The notes: generated by a model from the sequence alone, not told the origin. DNA of 64,000 nt from an uncultured Actinomycetota bacterium (GCA_963725175.1 CAVRXH010000006.1:5939580-6003579), one strand, 5' to 3'; positions 9,587-19,125 are shown, numbered from the stretch's first letter. Translations and numbers: made by a program.

Positions 9587-11319
9587 CCGGCGCGGACGGC
9601 TACTCCGGCACCATTCCCCGGCTGCTCGCCCAGGCCGCCGGCCGGGACGCCGCAGGCACCTGGCTGCGCGCCGACTCGGGGACGCTGACCTTCGGCGGCG
9701 CGGCCGCCGCGACCGCGCTGACCGCGCAGGTGCTGACCGAGGCCGGGGTGCGCAAGGGCGACCTGGTGATGATGACCGCGCGGAACATCCCGCCCTACCT
9801 CATCTGCTGGCTGGCCCTGACCTCGCTCGGCGCGGTCACCGTCGCGGTGAACCCGCGCAGCCAGCCCGCCGAGCTGGCCGGGCTGATTTCCCAGGTCAGC
9901 CCGCGCGCCCTGATCACCGACGACACCCTCGCCGAGCTGACCGGCGTGGCCCTGGCCGGGGTCGCCGCACCCGGAGCGCCCGCACCCAGCTCCGCCGCAG
10001 CCGGCACCGCCGAGCCAGGAGTCGCTGGACCAGGGAGCTTCGCGTCCTTGGCCGCCGCGGCGCCGGCCGGGCTGGCCGTGCTCGACGTCGCCGGTCTGGT
10101 GCCGGCCGGCTGGGCCGACCCGGCCGCGATGGCCGCCGCCGCGCGCCGGGCCGGGCCGCTGCCCGACGTGGCCAGGCCGGACGACCCGGCCACCCTGATC
10201 CCGACCTCGGGTACCACCGGCCGGTCCAAGCTGGTCATCCAGACCCACCGGGCGTACGCGATGGCCGGCGAGGGTTTCCCGTACTGGATGGAGCTGACCG
10301 CCGCCGACCGGATGATGACCTCGCTGCCGCTGTTCCACGTCAACGCGCCCGCCTACTCCGTGCTCGGCTCGCTGGCCTGCGGCGCGGGGCTGGTGCTGCT
10401 GGAGCGGTTCTCGGCCAGCGGGTTCCTGGACGCGGCGCGGCGGCACGGGGCGACCGAGTTCAACGCCATCGGGGCGATGCTGGAGATGCTGATGCGCCAG
10501 CCCGAGCGGCCCGATGACGCCGGCACCCCGCTGCGGCTGTGCTACACAGGACCCGCGCCCGAGCGCGACCGGCACCTGGAGATGGAACGGCGGCTCGGCC
10601 TGCGGATCGTCGTCGGCTACGCGATGTCGGAGTCCCCGTACGGGCTGATCTGGGCGCGCGGCACCCGCCCGTACGGCACCCTCGGCTCGGTGCGCCAGCA
10701 CCCGGTGCTCGGCACCGTCAACGCCGCGCGGGTCGTCGCGCCGGACGGCACCGACCTGCGCCCCGGCGACAGCGGAGAGCTGCTGCTGCGCAACCCGGCC
10801 GTGACGCCGGGCTACTTCGGCATGCCGGAGGAGACCGCGCGGGTGATCACCGGCGGCTGGCTGCACACCGGCGACCTGGTCACGGTGAACGCCGACGGCA
10901 CCTACACGTTCGTGTCCCGGATCAAGGAAGTGATCCGCCGCCGTGGCGAGAACCTGTCGCCGCTCGAAGTCGAGGACGTCCTCGCCGCGCACCCGGCGGT
11001 GCTGGAGTGCGCCGTCACCGGGGTGCCCTCCGATCTCACCGAGGAAGAGGTCAAGGCCTTCGTCGTGACGGCCGGGGACCAGCGCGCCGACTTCGCCGAG
11101 CTGCATGCCTTCGCCGCCGCCCGGCTCGCCGCGTTCAAGGTGCCCCGGTACTGGCAGCAGGTCAGCGAGCTGCCCAGGACCCCGACGGCGCGAGTCGCCA
11201 AGCACCTGCTGCCGGCCGGGCACCCGCCCGGCGAGTACGACGCCCGCCCGCCGGACCAGGCCTCCGCCCACCCGGCCCAGCCCGCAGAGCCGGCCCAGCC
11301 CGCACAGGAGACCCCGTGA
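9583..11319 (+). CDS. AMP-dependent acyl-CoA synthetase/ligase
   Basis: AMP-binding motif TSGTTGRSK, plus ..GYAMSE.. and ..WLHTGD... GTG 9583 overlaps the previous stop. There is an Ala/Pro-rich insertion before the P-loop and a PAQPAEPAQPAQ tail. Confidence 0.85.
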   Translation: MTGADGYSGTIPRLLAQAAGRDAAGTWLRADSGTLTFGGAAAATALTAQVLTEAGVRKGDLVMMTARNIPPYLICWLALTSLGAVTVAVNPRSQPAELAGLISQVSPRALITDDTLAELTGVALAGVAAPGAPAPSSAAAGTAEPGVAGPGSFASLAAAAPAGLAVLDVAGLVPAGWADPAAMAAAARRAGPLPDVARPDDPATLIPTSGTTGRSKLVIQTHRAYAMAGEGFPYWMELTAADRMMTSLPLFHVNAPAYSVLGSLACGAGLVLLERFSASGFLDAARRHGATEFNAIGAMLEMLMRQPERPDDAGTPLRLCYTGPAPERDRHLEMERRLGLRIVVGYAMSESPYGLIWARGTRPYGTLGSVRQHPVLGTVNAARVVAPDGTDLRPGDSGELLLRNPAVTPGYFGMPEETARVITGGWLHTGDLVTVNADGTYTFVSRIKEVIRRRGENLSPLEVEDVLAAHPAVLECAVTGVPSDLTEEEVKAFVVTAGDQRADFAELHAFAAARLAAFKVPRYWQQVSELPRTPTARVAKHLLPAGHPPGEYDARPPDQASAHPAQPAEPAQPAQETP

Positions 11320-12187
11320 CCGAGTACCCGACCGCCATCGGCACCAGCGACGCCACCTCGATCTCGCTGCTCGGGCACGACCTGGCGGCGGAGCTGATGG
11401 GCCAGGTCAGCTTCGGCGAGCTGGCGTTCTGGCTGGTCGCGCTGCGGCGGCCGGCGCCGGGGGAGCTGCGGCTGTTCGAGGCGGTGCTGGTCGCGCTCGC
11501 CGATCACGGGTTCACCCCGTCGGCCATCGCCGCGCGGCTGACGCTGACCGGCGCGCCCGAGTCGGTGCAGGGCGCGCTCGCGGCGGGGCTGCTCGGCGGC
11601 GGGTCCCGGTACCTGGGCGTGACCGAGGACTGCGGCCGGTTCCTCGCGGACGCGCTGGCGGCGGCGCGCGGCGCTGACGGCGGCGGCCCCGGCGCCGGCC
11701 ATGACAGCGGCCCCGGCGACCGCCCTGGTGGCGACGCTGCCGCTAGGGCATCCCGGCTGCCAGCCGACGACGACGAGGCCGGCTGGGACGAACTGGCGGC
11801 CAGGGCGGTCCGCGCCAGGCGAGCGGCGGGCCTGCTAGTCCCCGGCCTCGGCCACCCGGTGCACAAGGACGGCGACCCGCGCACGCCCGTCATCTTCGCC
11901 ATCGCGCGCGAGGCGGGGGTGCTCGGCCCGCACCTGCGGCTGTTCGCGGCCGTGGGGCGGGTGCACCCCGCGATCCTGAACCGCACCCTGCCGCTGAACG
12001 GCGCCGGGGTGTGCGGCGCCGCCCTCGCCGACCTCGGCTTCGCGCCGGACATGCTGCGCGGCTTCGCCCTGCTGGCCCGCGCCGCCGGGCTGCTCGGGCA
12101 CCTGGCCGAGGAGATGCGCCGGCCGGCCGGCCCGGCATCTACCGAGCGGCCGACGAGTCGGTCCGCTACCAGCCGCCCGGCACCTGA
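11316..12187 (+). CDS. Citryl-CoA lyase / citrate-synthase-family protein; C-terminus frameshifted near 12120-12140
   Basis: GTG 11316 overlaps the previous stop (GTGA). Motifs include ..ALADHGFTPSA.., ..PGLGHPVHKDGDPR.. and ..NGAGVCGA... After ..HLAEEMRRPAG the written frame turns into Arg/Ser/Pro nonsense running to 12287. The adjacent frame reads GIYRAADESVRYQPPGT* and stops at 12185-12187. Confidence 0.75.
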
Positions 12188-12568
12188 GCCGCCGCCGGCC
12201 CGAACCCGCAGCCGAGCGCCCCGAGCCCGCGCGGCATCGCAGCGGGGTCGGTCACGCGCCGCCCGTTCAGGCACCGCCCGTTTCTAGCGCAATGCGCATG
12301 ACTCTTGACATGGAGTAATTTTACGTCTTGAATCATGTCTTGAAGTTAGGGCAGTACGTCGGGAGGAGCCCGGCTTGTCCGTCCCGCCCGCAGCGTCACT
12401 GACCGCACTCAGCCTCGCCTGGTTACCGGCGTCACCGGCTGCAACGCGGTCATCCGGGGGCACAGGCGCATCGCGGTCGCATCTTCCGTGGCACCAGTCG
12501 GGCCTGGCCGGCCTGAGCGGCCGGCCGTCGCGCCCGAGTCATCTCCCCAGTCTGGAGGCTGCACTCTG

Positions 12569-14006
12569 ATGTTCGACACCCCGCCGGCCCGGCCGGCCTT
12601 CATCCTGCGGCAGCGACGCCTGCTCGCCGCTATCGCGTCCGTCGTCACGTTACTCGGCGCCGCCGCGATCGCGGTCATCACGATGGCGCTGCCGGCCTCC
12701 GCCACCACCGTGCCGGCCCCGCCGGCCGGCTGGTCCACCGTGTTCAGCGACAACTTCGCCGGGGCGTCGGGCTCGCAGGTCAACTCGGCCAACTGGAAGT
12801 ACGACACCGGCGCCGGATCCACGTTCGGCACCGGCGAGATCGAGACGATGACCAACTCGACCAGCAACGTCTATCTCGACGGCAACGGCCACCTGGTGAT
12901 CAAGGCGATCAACTCCGGCGGCAACTGGACCTCCGGCCGGATCCAGACCAACAGCGCCAACGTCGGCGCGCCCGCCGGCGGCGAGCTTGAGGTCACCGCG
13001 TCGATCGAGCAGCCCAATCCGTCCAGCGGCCTCGGCTACTGGCCGGCGTTCTGGATGCTCGGCGCCGGCTCCTGGCCGTCCACCGGCGAGATCGACATCA
13101 TGGAGGACGTCAACGCGCTCTCCGAGCACTCGGGGACATTCCACTGCGGAGTCGACCCCGGCGGCCCGTGCAACGAGACCGACGGCATCGGCAGCGGCCT
13201 GGACGCCTGCTCGGGCTGCCAGACCGGCTACCACACCTACACGGTGATCGTGAACCGGACCAACGCCTCGGCCGAGTCGATCACCTGGTACCTGGACGGC
13301 ACGCAGTTCTTCCAGGTCAACGAGAGCCAGGTGCCGGTGGCGACCTGGCAGGCGGCCGTAGACCATAACTTCTCGATCATCTTCGACCTGGCGATGGGCG
13401 GCGGCTACCCGAACGGGGTTTGCAACTGCACCACGCCGACCAGCTCGACCACCTCGGGCGCGACGATGAGCGTCGCCTACGTCGCCGCGTACGAGACCAG
13501 CAGCGGCACCCCCACCCCGACGCCGACCCCGACCACCACCGGCCCCGGTGGCGGCGGAATCCTGCTCCACGACCGCGACCGCGGACATCTCGGCCGACTG
13601 CTACAACTCCAGCAAGGGCACCATCTCCGTCACCGCAGCCAGCGGGGACACCAACCCGTCCGGCGTGGACGGCAACCAGGCGTCCCAGCTCATCAACGGT
13701 GATTACCTCGAATACAACAACATCAACTTCGGCTCAGCAGGATCGAGCCAGTTCGATGCCAGAGTGGCCTCCGGGGCCGCGGGCGGGGTAAGCGGCCTGG
13801 TCGAGGTGGTCCTCGACAACCCGTCTAACGCCCCCGTCGGGAGCTTCGCGGTCGGCAATACCGGCGGCTGGAGCACCTGGAAGACGGTCCCGGCGAACAT
13901 CACCAAGACGACGGGCACGCACAACGTGTACCTGGAGTTCTCCTCGGCCGCGGGCGGTAATCCGGCGTTCGTGAGCCTGCATTACTTCAACTTCCCCACC
14001 GCGTAA
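12569..14006 (+). pseudogene. Secreted GH16 beta-glucanase with C-terminal CBM6-type carbohydrate-binding module; frame broken in the linker near 13545-13565
   Basis: ATG 12569 follows a TGGAGG SD, and a signal peptide is present. The GH16 active-site region is EIDIMED. A TPTPTPTPTTTGPGGGG linker follows, then the CBM continues in another frame (ORF 13548..14006: ..ADISADCYNSS..GDYLEYNNINFG..VSLHYFNF). Confidence 0.8.
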
Positions 14007-14016
14007 CGGCTGACGT

Positions 14017-14070
14017 ACGGCCGGCCCCGGTGCGCTGTCCACGGCGCCCGGGGCCGGCCGTCGGCGTTTC
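14017..14070 (+). terminator. Hairpin terminator after the GH16-CBM6 gene
   Basis: Perfect 14-bp stem ACGGCCGGCCCCGG / CCGGGGCCGGCCGT, followed by cggcgTTTCT. Confidence 0.6.
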
Positions 14071-14110
14071 TGGGCTGGTCCATGCCCGCAGGCCCGAGCC
14101 GTCTCTACTA

Positions 14111-14145
14111 TGCAAAGAAGTGTTTGCAAAGACTTGTTTGGAAAG
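14111..14145. promoter_or_regulatory. AT-rich overlapping palindromes upstream of the wHTH regulator (candidate operator/promoter)
   Basis: Sequence TGCAAAgaagtgTTTGCAAAgacttgTTTGGAAAG. It contains 6-bp arms TGCAAA/TTTGCA and the palindromic 8-mer TTTGCAAA, and ends 15 nt before ATG 14160. Confidence 0.45.
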
Positions 14146-14159
14146 CTATCTTGGCACCT

Positions 14160-14831
14160 ATGCCAGCCAAGCCAGCTCAGTCCGGGGCGCCGGGTCAGCC
14201 CGGCCGGACCGTCAAGCGGCTGACCGACCCCCGGGCGCTGCGAGCCCTCGCCCATCCGACCAGGCTCTCGCTGGTCGGCCTGCTGCGCAGGGACGGGCCG
14301 CTCACCGCCACCCAGGCCGGCCAGCGGCTCGGCGAGAGTTCCGCCAGCGCCTCGTTCCACCTGCGGCAGCTCGCCAAGTACGGGCTCGTGGAGGAGGCCG
14401 GGGGCGGCACCGGCCGGGAACGGCCGTGGCAGGCGACGACCCAGTTCACCGCCTGGCCCGAGGTCCCCGACGACGACGAGCAGGCCGCCGCCTCCGACCT
14501 GCTCGCCACCGTGATCGCCGATCGCTATTTCCAGTACCTCCAGCGGTGGCTGCTGGCCCGGCACACCGAGCCGGTCGCCTGGCAGGAGGCGGCCATGTTC
14601 GGCGACACCGTGATCTGGGTGACCGATGAGGAACTGGCCGGGCTCGCGGCGCAGGAGCGGGCGCTGGTGGACCGCTACCTCGACCGGGCGGAGCACGCCG
14701 AGCTGCGCCCGCCGGGCGCGCGCCTGGTGAGCTACCTGCACCTGGCCTTCCCCGGCGATCTCTCCGGTGCCGCGCCCGGGCCCGAGAAGCCCGCCCCCGT
14801 GACGGGCGAGGATGGGCGGGCGGCACGGTGA
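14160..14831 (+). CDS. ArsR-like winged-helix transcriptional regulator
   Basis: ..LRALAHPTRLSLVGLLRRDGPLTATQAGQRLGESSASASFHLRQLAKYGLVEE.. The ATG at 14160 lies within ORF 14082..14831. Confidence 0.8.
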   Translation: MPAKPAQSGAPGQPGRTVKRLTDPRALRALAHPTRLSLVGLLRRDGPLTATQAGQRLGESSASASFHLRQLAKYGLVEEAGGGTGRERPWQATTQFTAWPEVPDDDEQAAASDLLATVIADRYFQYLQRWLLARHTEPVAWQEAAMFGDTVIWVTDEELAGLAAQERALVDRYLDRAEHAELRPPGARLVSYLHLAFPGDLSGAAPGPEKPAPVTGEDGRAAR

Positions 14832-16174
14832 CGATGAGCGTGGCGCGGCTGACGCGGCGGGTGCCGCCGCTGCTGCGCGAGGTCACCTTCCGGCGGTACT
14901 GGACCGCGCAGTCGGTCTCCATGCTGGGTGACCAGGTCACCACCATCGCGATGCCGCTCGCCGCCGTTCTCGCGCTGCACGCCACCGCCAGCGACATGGG
15001 CTACCTGACCGCGCTGGAATGGCTGCCCAGCCTGCTGTTCGGCCTGGTCGCCGGCGCCTGGGTGGACCGGCGCGGCCGGCGCCGGGCGGTGATGATCGCC
15101 GCCGACCTCGGCAGGTTCCTGCTGCTCGCCAGCGTCCCGGTCTGCTACGGCCTGGGCGTGCTCACCCTCGGCCAGCTCTACGGCGTGGCGTTCGGGGCGG
15201 GCCTGCTGAGCATCTTTTTCACGGTGTCGGACGCCAGCATGTTCGTCGCCATCGTGCCCGAGGACCAGTACGTCGAGGGCAACTCGCTGGTGTACGGGAG
15301 CCGGGCGATGTCGTTCGTCGTCGGGCCGAGCGTCGGCGGGCTGCTGGTCCAGTTGCTGTCCGCGCCGGCGGCACTCGCGGCGGACGCGCTGTCCTTCCTC
15401 GGCTCGGCGTTCTCCCTCAGCCGGATCTCGCCGAAGGAGCCGCCGCCCGACCCCGGCGGCCGTGGCTCGGTCACCGCAGGCGCCCGGTACATCGTGGGCG
15501 CGCCCGTCGTCCGGGCCTCGCTGATGGCCGTCGCGGTGATCAACTTCTTCACGCTGATGTACTTCACCCTGTTCATCCTGTACGCCACCAGGGACCTGCA
15601 CGTCCGGGCCGGCCTGCTCGGCCTGGTGCTGGGCGCGGCCGCCGTGGGCGGGGTGCTCGGCGCGGTGCTGACCCGGCGGCTCGCGGCGGCCATCGGCGTG
15701 GGCTGGGCTTACATCGCCGGGTGCGCCGGGTACACCGCGCCGCTCGCCCTGGTGCCGCTGGCCGGCGGGGCGCGGCCCGAGGTGCTGGCGATGCTGTTCG
15801 CCGCCGAGTTCTGCTCCGGGTTCGGCGTGATGGTGCTGGACATCAGCATCGGATCGATCTTCGCGGCGGTGATTCCCGACAAGCTCAGGGCCAGGGTGAC
15901 CGGCGCGTTCCAGGCGGTGAACTACGGCACCAGGCCGGTCGGCGCCCTGGCCGGCGGCATCCTCGGCAGCTCGCTGGGGCTGCGCTCGACGCTGTGGATC
16001 GGCGTGGTCGGCGGTTTCGCCGGCGCGCTGCTGCTGCTCGCCTCGCCGCTGCCCAGGTTTCGCATGCCGGTCACGGACCCTGACGCGGAGTCCGATGCGG
16101 GGCCGAACGCGGCGCCGGACTTCGAGCCGGGCGTCGGGCCGGAGGATCAGCGGCCGGAGCCCGCTACTTCCTAG
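14828..16174 (+). CDS. MFS transporter
   Basis: 448-aa protein with 12 predicted TM segments. The start overlaps the regulator's stop (GTGA). Confidence 0.85.
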   Translation: MTMSVARLTRRVPPLLREVTFRRYWTAQSVSMLGDQVTTIAMPLAAVLALHATASDMGYLTALEWLPSLLFGLVAGAWVDRRGRRRAVMIAADLGRFLLLASVPVCYGLGVLTLGQLYGVAFGAGLLSIFFTVSDASMFVAIVPEDQYVEGNSLVYGSRAMSFVVGPSVGGLLVQLLSAPAALAADALSFLGSAFSLSRISPKEPPPDPGGRGSVTAGARYIVGAPVVRASLMAVAVINFFTLMYFTLFILYATRDLHVRAGLLGLVLGAAAVGGVLGAVLTRRLAAAIGVGWAYIAGCAGYTAPLALVPLAGGARPEVLAMLFAAEFCSGFGVMVLDISIGSIFAAVIPDKLRARVTGAFQAVNYGTRPVGALAGGILGSSLGLRSTLWIGVVGGFAGALLLLASPLPRFRMPVTDPDAESDAGPNAAPDFEPGVGPEDQRPEPATS

Positions 16175-17349
16175 CCCGCCATGCTCAGCCGGGCCAGCGC
16201 GGCCCCGTAGCGGATCGCGACAAGCTGGCCGACCGCTGAGTGCGCGCCCAGCGGGGCCACGCAGGGCGCGCCGAGGGCCGAGCTGATCGCTTCCAGCTCC
16301 CGCCGAGGAGTTTCCGGGCCGATCAGGCACGGGGCGATGACCGGCCGCTCGGCACCCGCCTCGCGGAGCCTGGCCAGCGCGGCGTCGATGCTGGCCGGGT
16401 CGTCGATCGAGGCCGGGGCCGTCGGCATGGCCAGCCGGGAGGCCAGCAGCACCGCCGCGACACCCGCCGCGCCAGTCGCCTCTACGCCGCGGTCGGCGAG
16501 CACTATGACGCCGTAGTTCGTGGTCGAGATAGACAGGCCGCGAGACCGCGCGTTGCGGGCCAGGCCCGCCTCCGCCAGCCGGGCGTGCAGCGCCTCGGCG
16601 ATCAGCGGGTGCGGTCCCAGGTGCGCGCCGAGCATGACCTGCCCGCCGGCGCCTTCCGCCGCCCTGGCCAGCGCCGCGTCTATGGCCTGATGCGGGCCCG
16701 CGAGCAGCGGCACGATCACGCCGCCGAGCGCTCGCTCGCCGGCCGGCACCTCGTCGAAACGCAGGCAGTCGGTCAGCCGGTGCGCGTCCCCGCCCAGGAA
16801 GCCGACCCGGATCTCGACGCCGGGGCACGAGGTTTCCGCGGTAGCCGCGATCTGCTCGATCGTCCCGATGTGCTCGCCGTCGGCGCCGCCTGGAACCGCG
16901 ATGACCAGGGCCGGCGCGTCCGAGGACACGCTCAGCCGGTGCGGGCTGCGGTGCCGCCCGGCCGGCCGGGTCCGCATGGTCCGCCGGGGCAGGGCGCCGT
17001 TTCGCTGCGGCATGTCGTCACCGCGCTGCGGCAGTCCTCCGTCGCGCTGGGGGAGCCCGCCGTCGCGCTGCGGGAGCCCGCCATCGCGCTGCGGGAGCGG
17101 CTCGCCGCGCCGGGGCAGCGACTCGGCCGCCGGCAGCGGCGCGAGCGAGTCGCTGGTGGTCTCGCTGGAGGCCGGCCGCTGCGGCCGTTCGAACAGGCTG
17201 CCGCCCGATGCGGTCGGGTTATCGCCGCCCGGCTGCCTGCGCCGGGGCAGCGGGGCTGACCCCGGCGAGGGTTCACGCCAAGGCGGCTGCTGCGGATCCG
17301 GGCTCTGGTCAATCACGATGACGTATCGTAATCGCTGGTGGCGGCGCAT
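16171..17349 (-). CDS. CbiX/SirB-type sirohydrochlorin chelatase (double CbiX domain) with a ~150-aa disordered Pro/Arg-rich N-terminal extension
   Basis: The C-terminal ~240 aa resemble two CbiX repeats (..LVIAVPGGADGEH.., ..VIVLADRG..). High GC3 persists through the N-terminal extension. The true start is uncertain. Confidence 0.7.
   Translation of the reverse strand: MRRHQRLRYVIVIDQSPDPQQPPWREPSPGSAPLPRRRQPGGDNPTASGGSLFERPQRPASSETTSDSLAPLPAAESLPRRGEPLPQRDGGLPQRDGGLPQRDGGLPQRGDDMPQRNGALPRRTMRTRPAGRHRSPHRLSVSSDAPALVIAVPGGADGEHIGTIEQIAATAETSCPGVEIRVGFLGGDAHRLTDCLRFDEVPAGERALGGVIVPLLAGPHQAIDAALARAAEGAGGQVMLGAHLGPHPLIAEALHARLAEAGLARNARSRGLSISTTNYGVIVLADRGVEATGAAGVAAVLLASRLAMPTAPASIDDPASIDAALARLREAGAERPVIAPCLIGPETPRRELEAISSALGAPCVAPLGAHSAVGQLVAIRYGAALARLSMAG
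17024..17107. repeat. 21-bp tandem repeat, about 4 units, inside the cbiX-like gene
   Basis: Units cgcgctgcggcagtcctccgt / cgcgctgggggagcccgccgt / cgcgctgcgggagcccgccat / cgcgctgcgggagcggctcgc. They encode GLPQRDG heptads on the minus strand. Confidence 0.85.
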
Positions 17350-17440
17350 TGTCTGTGTTCTGCGATGTTCGCACCTTAACTACGTATGTCACCGTTTCGT
17401 GCTACCGGCCTTGCCCGGTTTGTACCCTCTGCTGCCAGTG

Positions 17441-17809
17441 CTAGTCGTCCCGCAGCATGCTGCGGTAGACGGCGATGAGCGCACTCCGCTGCTCCGGGCT
17501 CAGCCGCCCCTCAGCCTTGATCGCGTCCTCTACACCCGGCGCAATCGCTGCCCCGCCGCCCGACCGGTCGTGCCGCAGCAAGCCGGCCTGAGCGAGCAGC
17601 GTCTCGGTTGAGACGTTCAGCGCGTCTGAGATCAGCCGGATCACCCGCACGCTCGGCTGGTGCAGCCCGCGCTCGATCTGGCTGAGGTAGGGGTTGGACA
17701 GCCGGGTGCGCTCAGCGAGCTGCCGCAGCGACAGGTTGGCGAGCTTGCGCTTGTCGCGAATGAAGGCGCCAAGCGCCTCCATCTGGCCATCCCACGGTGG
17801 TTCGGTCAT
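17441..17809 (-). CDS. XRE-family helix-turn-helix transcriptional regulator
   Basis: ATG at 17809. Motif ..LSLRQLAERTRLSNPYLSQIERGLHQPSVRVIRLISDALNVS... Confidence 0.85.
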   Translation of the reverse strand: MTEPPWDGQMEALGAFIRDKRKLANLSLRQLAERTRLSNPYLSQIERGLHQPSVRVIRLISDALNVSTETLLAQAGLLRHDRSGGGAAIAPGVEDAIKAEGRLSPEQRSALIAVYRSMLRDD

Positions 17810-17925
17810 CGGTGCCTGCCTGGCTTCACGGTCAGTGGTCAGTAGGTAGGTGCCTGGGTGCGTCGACGTCCGCCTGCCTGTCAGCGATCGGCGGCGGGCG
17901 GGCCTAGCAGCCCGCCCGCCGCCGA

Positions 17926-18921
17926 TCACGCCTCGGGCTTGTCAGCCTTCTGGCTGCCGCCCTTAGCCGTCCGGCTGGCCGCCTTCTTGGTCCCGGCCTG
18001 GCCAGCCGTGGTGTCCGTCTTCCCGGCCGTGCCCGTCTTCCCGGCCGTGCCCGTCTTCGCGGCGGCAGTGCCGCTCTTCCGGGCAGCGGTGGCGGACTTC
18101 GCGGCGATGGTGCCGGCTTTTCCGGCAGTGGTGCCGGTCTTCGCGGCGGTGGCGCTGGCCTTCGCGGAGCTCGTCGTCGGGCTCTTCTTCGGCGTGGTCT
18201 TCCGCGCCCGAGCCCGCGGCGTCGCGGTCTCGGTGGCGTCGCCCTGGCCGCCGTCCGTCCCGTCCGCGTCGCTCGCGGCGTTTCCGGCCGCAGCGGTGTC
18301 AGCGGCAGCGGTGTCAGCGGCAGCAGGGCTGGCGTGAGCATCGGCCGGGCCGGGCTTTGCCTGGCCGGTCGTCATGCTGCCGTGCGTGGCGCTCTCCTGC
18401 GCGGTGCCGGGGTCGTGCGCGACGGGCGTGCTGCTGGCTGTCCCCGAGCCGGGAAGCGCGGCGCGGACGGACTGGGCTGCCTGGACGGCCTGGCCAATCC
18501 GGTTCACGCCCTGGGCCAGCAGCGGCCCGGCGACCTGGGCGCCGCGCGCCAGGATCGGGCCAGCCGCCTCGGCGACCTGCCCAGCGATCCTGGTCCCGGC
18601 CGCGAACGCCTGCTCGGCGACGTCCTGTGCGCCGCTCAGCAGCTTCTCCCTGCTGGGCAGCTTCGGCATAGGCGGCGTCTGGATCTTGATGTCGGGCAGC
18701 TTCATCTCGGGCAGCTTGAGGTCCGGAAGCTGCGGCCGGAATGACTCGGCGGCGGCCGTCAGGCTCTTGACGACCTCGGCCACCGTCTCCTGGCCCTTGC
18801 GGAGCTGCTCGGGGGCGTTCTTCGCCTGCTGCTGTGCCTTGCGGGCCTGCTCCTGCGCCTTACGGGCGGCTCCGATGAGCTGATCTTGCAGCTCCTGCCC
18901 GACGGCCTTGGTGTCGATCAT
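17926..18921 (-). CDS. Coiled-coil protein with a Lys/Ala/Thr-rich repetitive C-terminal tail (HbhA / histone-H1-tail-like)
   Basis: 331 aa. N-terminal Gln/Lys/Ala-rich helical region, central Ala/Gly-rich region, and a C-terminal tail of AAKTGT/AGKTGT repeats (nt about 17985-18180). High GC3. Confidence 0.7.
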   Translation of the reverse strand: MIDTKAVGQELQDQLIGAARKAQEQARKAQQQAKNAPEQLRKGQETVAEVVKSLTAAAESFRPQLPDLKLPEMKLPDIKIQTPPMPKLPSREKLLSGAQDVAEQAFAAGTRIAGQVAEAAGPILARGAQVAGPLLAQGVNRIGQAVQAAQSVRAALPGSGTASSTPVAHDPGTAQESATHGSMTTGQAKPGPADAHASPAAADTAAADTAAAGNAASDADGTDGGQGDATETATPRARARKTTPKKSPTTSSAKASATAAKTGTTAGKAGTIAAKSATAARKSGTAAAKTGTAGKTGTAGKTDTTAGQAGTKKAASRTAKGGSQKADKPEA

Positions 18922-19017
18922 CGCGTGTGTCCTCCTCGCGTCTGCTGCAAACTATATCAAGCAAATCGCGTGCTATGCCAAGCGCCCCAGCTAGCGACGC
19001 CGGGGCGAGGCAGTTCC

Positions 19018-19125
19018 GCCAGGTCGGCCACGCCGGCACCGCTGCCAGGTCGGCTGCACCCGCATCTCCCTAGGTCGCCCACGACGGCATCGCCGCCACC
19101 TCGGCCACGCCGGCATCGGCATCCC
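19018..19125. repeat. Degenerate ~25-27-bp tandem repeats (about 4 units) upstream of the repeat-tail protein gene
   Basis: Units begin ccaggtcggccacgccggca / ccaggtcggctgcacccgca / ctaggtcgcccacgacggca / cctcggccacgccggcatcg. Confidence 0.6.

Noticed and set aside
9583-11319. AMP-binding enzyme as part of an NRPS or secondary-metabolite cluster.
   Set aside because: It is a stand-alone ligase with no carrier-protein, condensation or PKS domains nearby. The surrounding genes are primary-metabolism or transport types.
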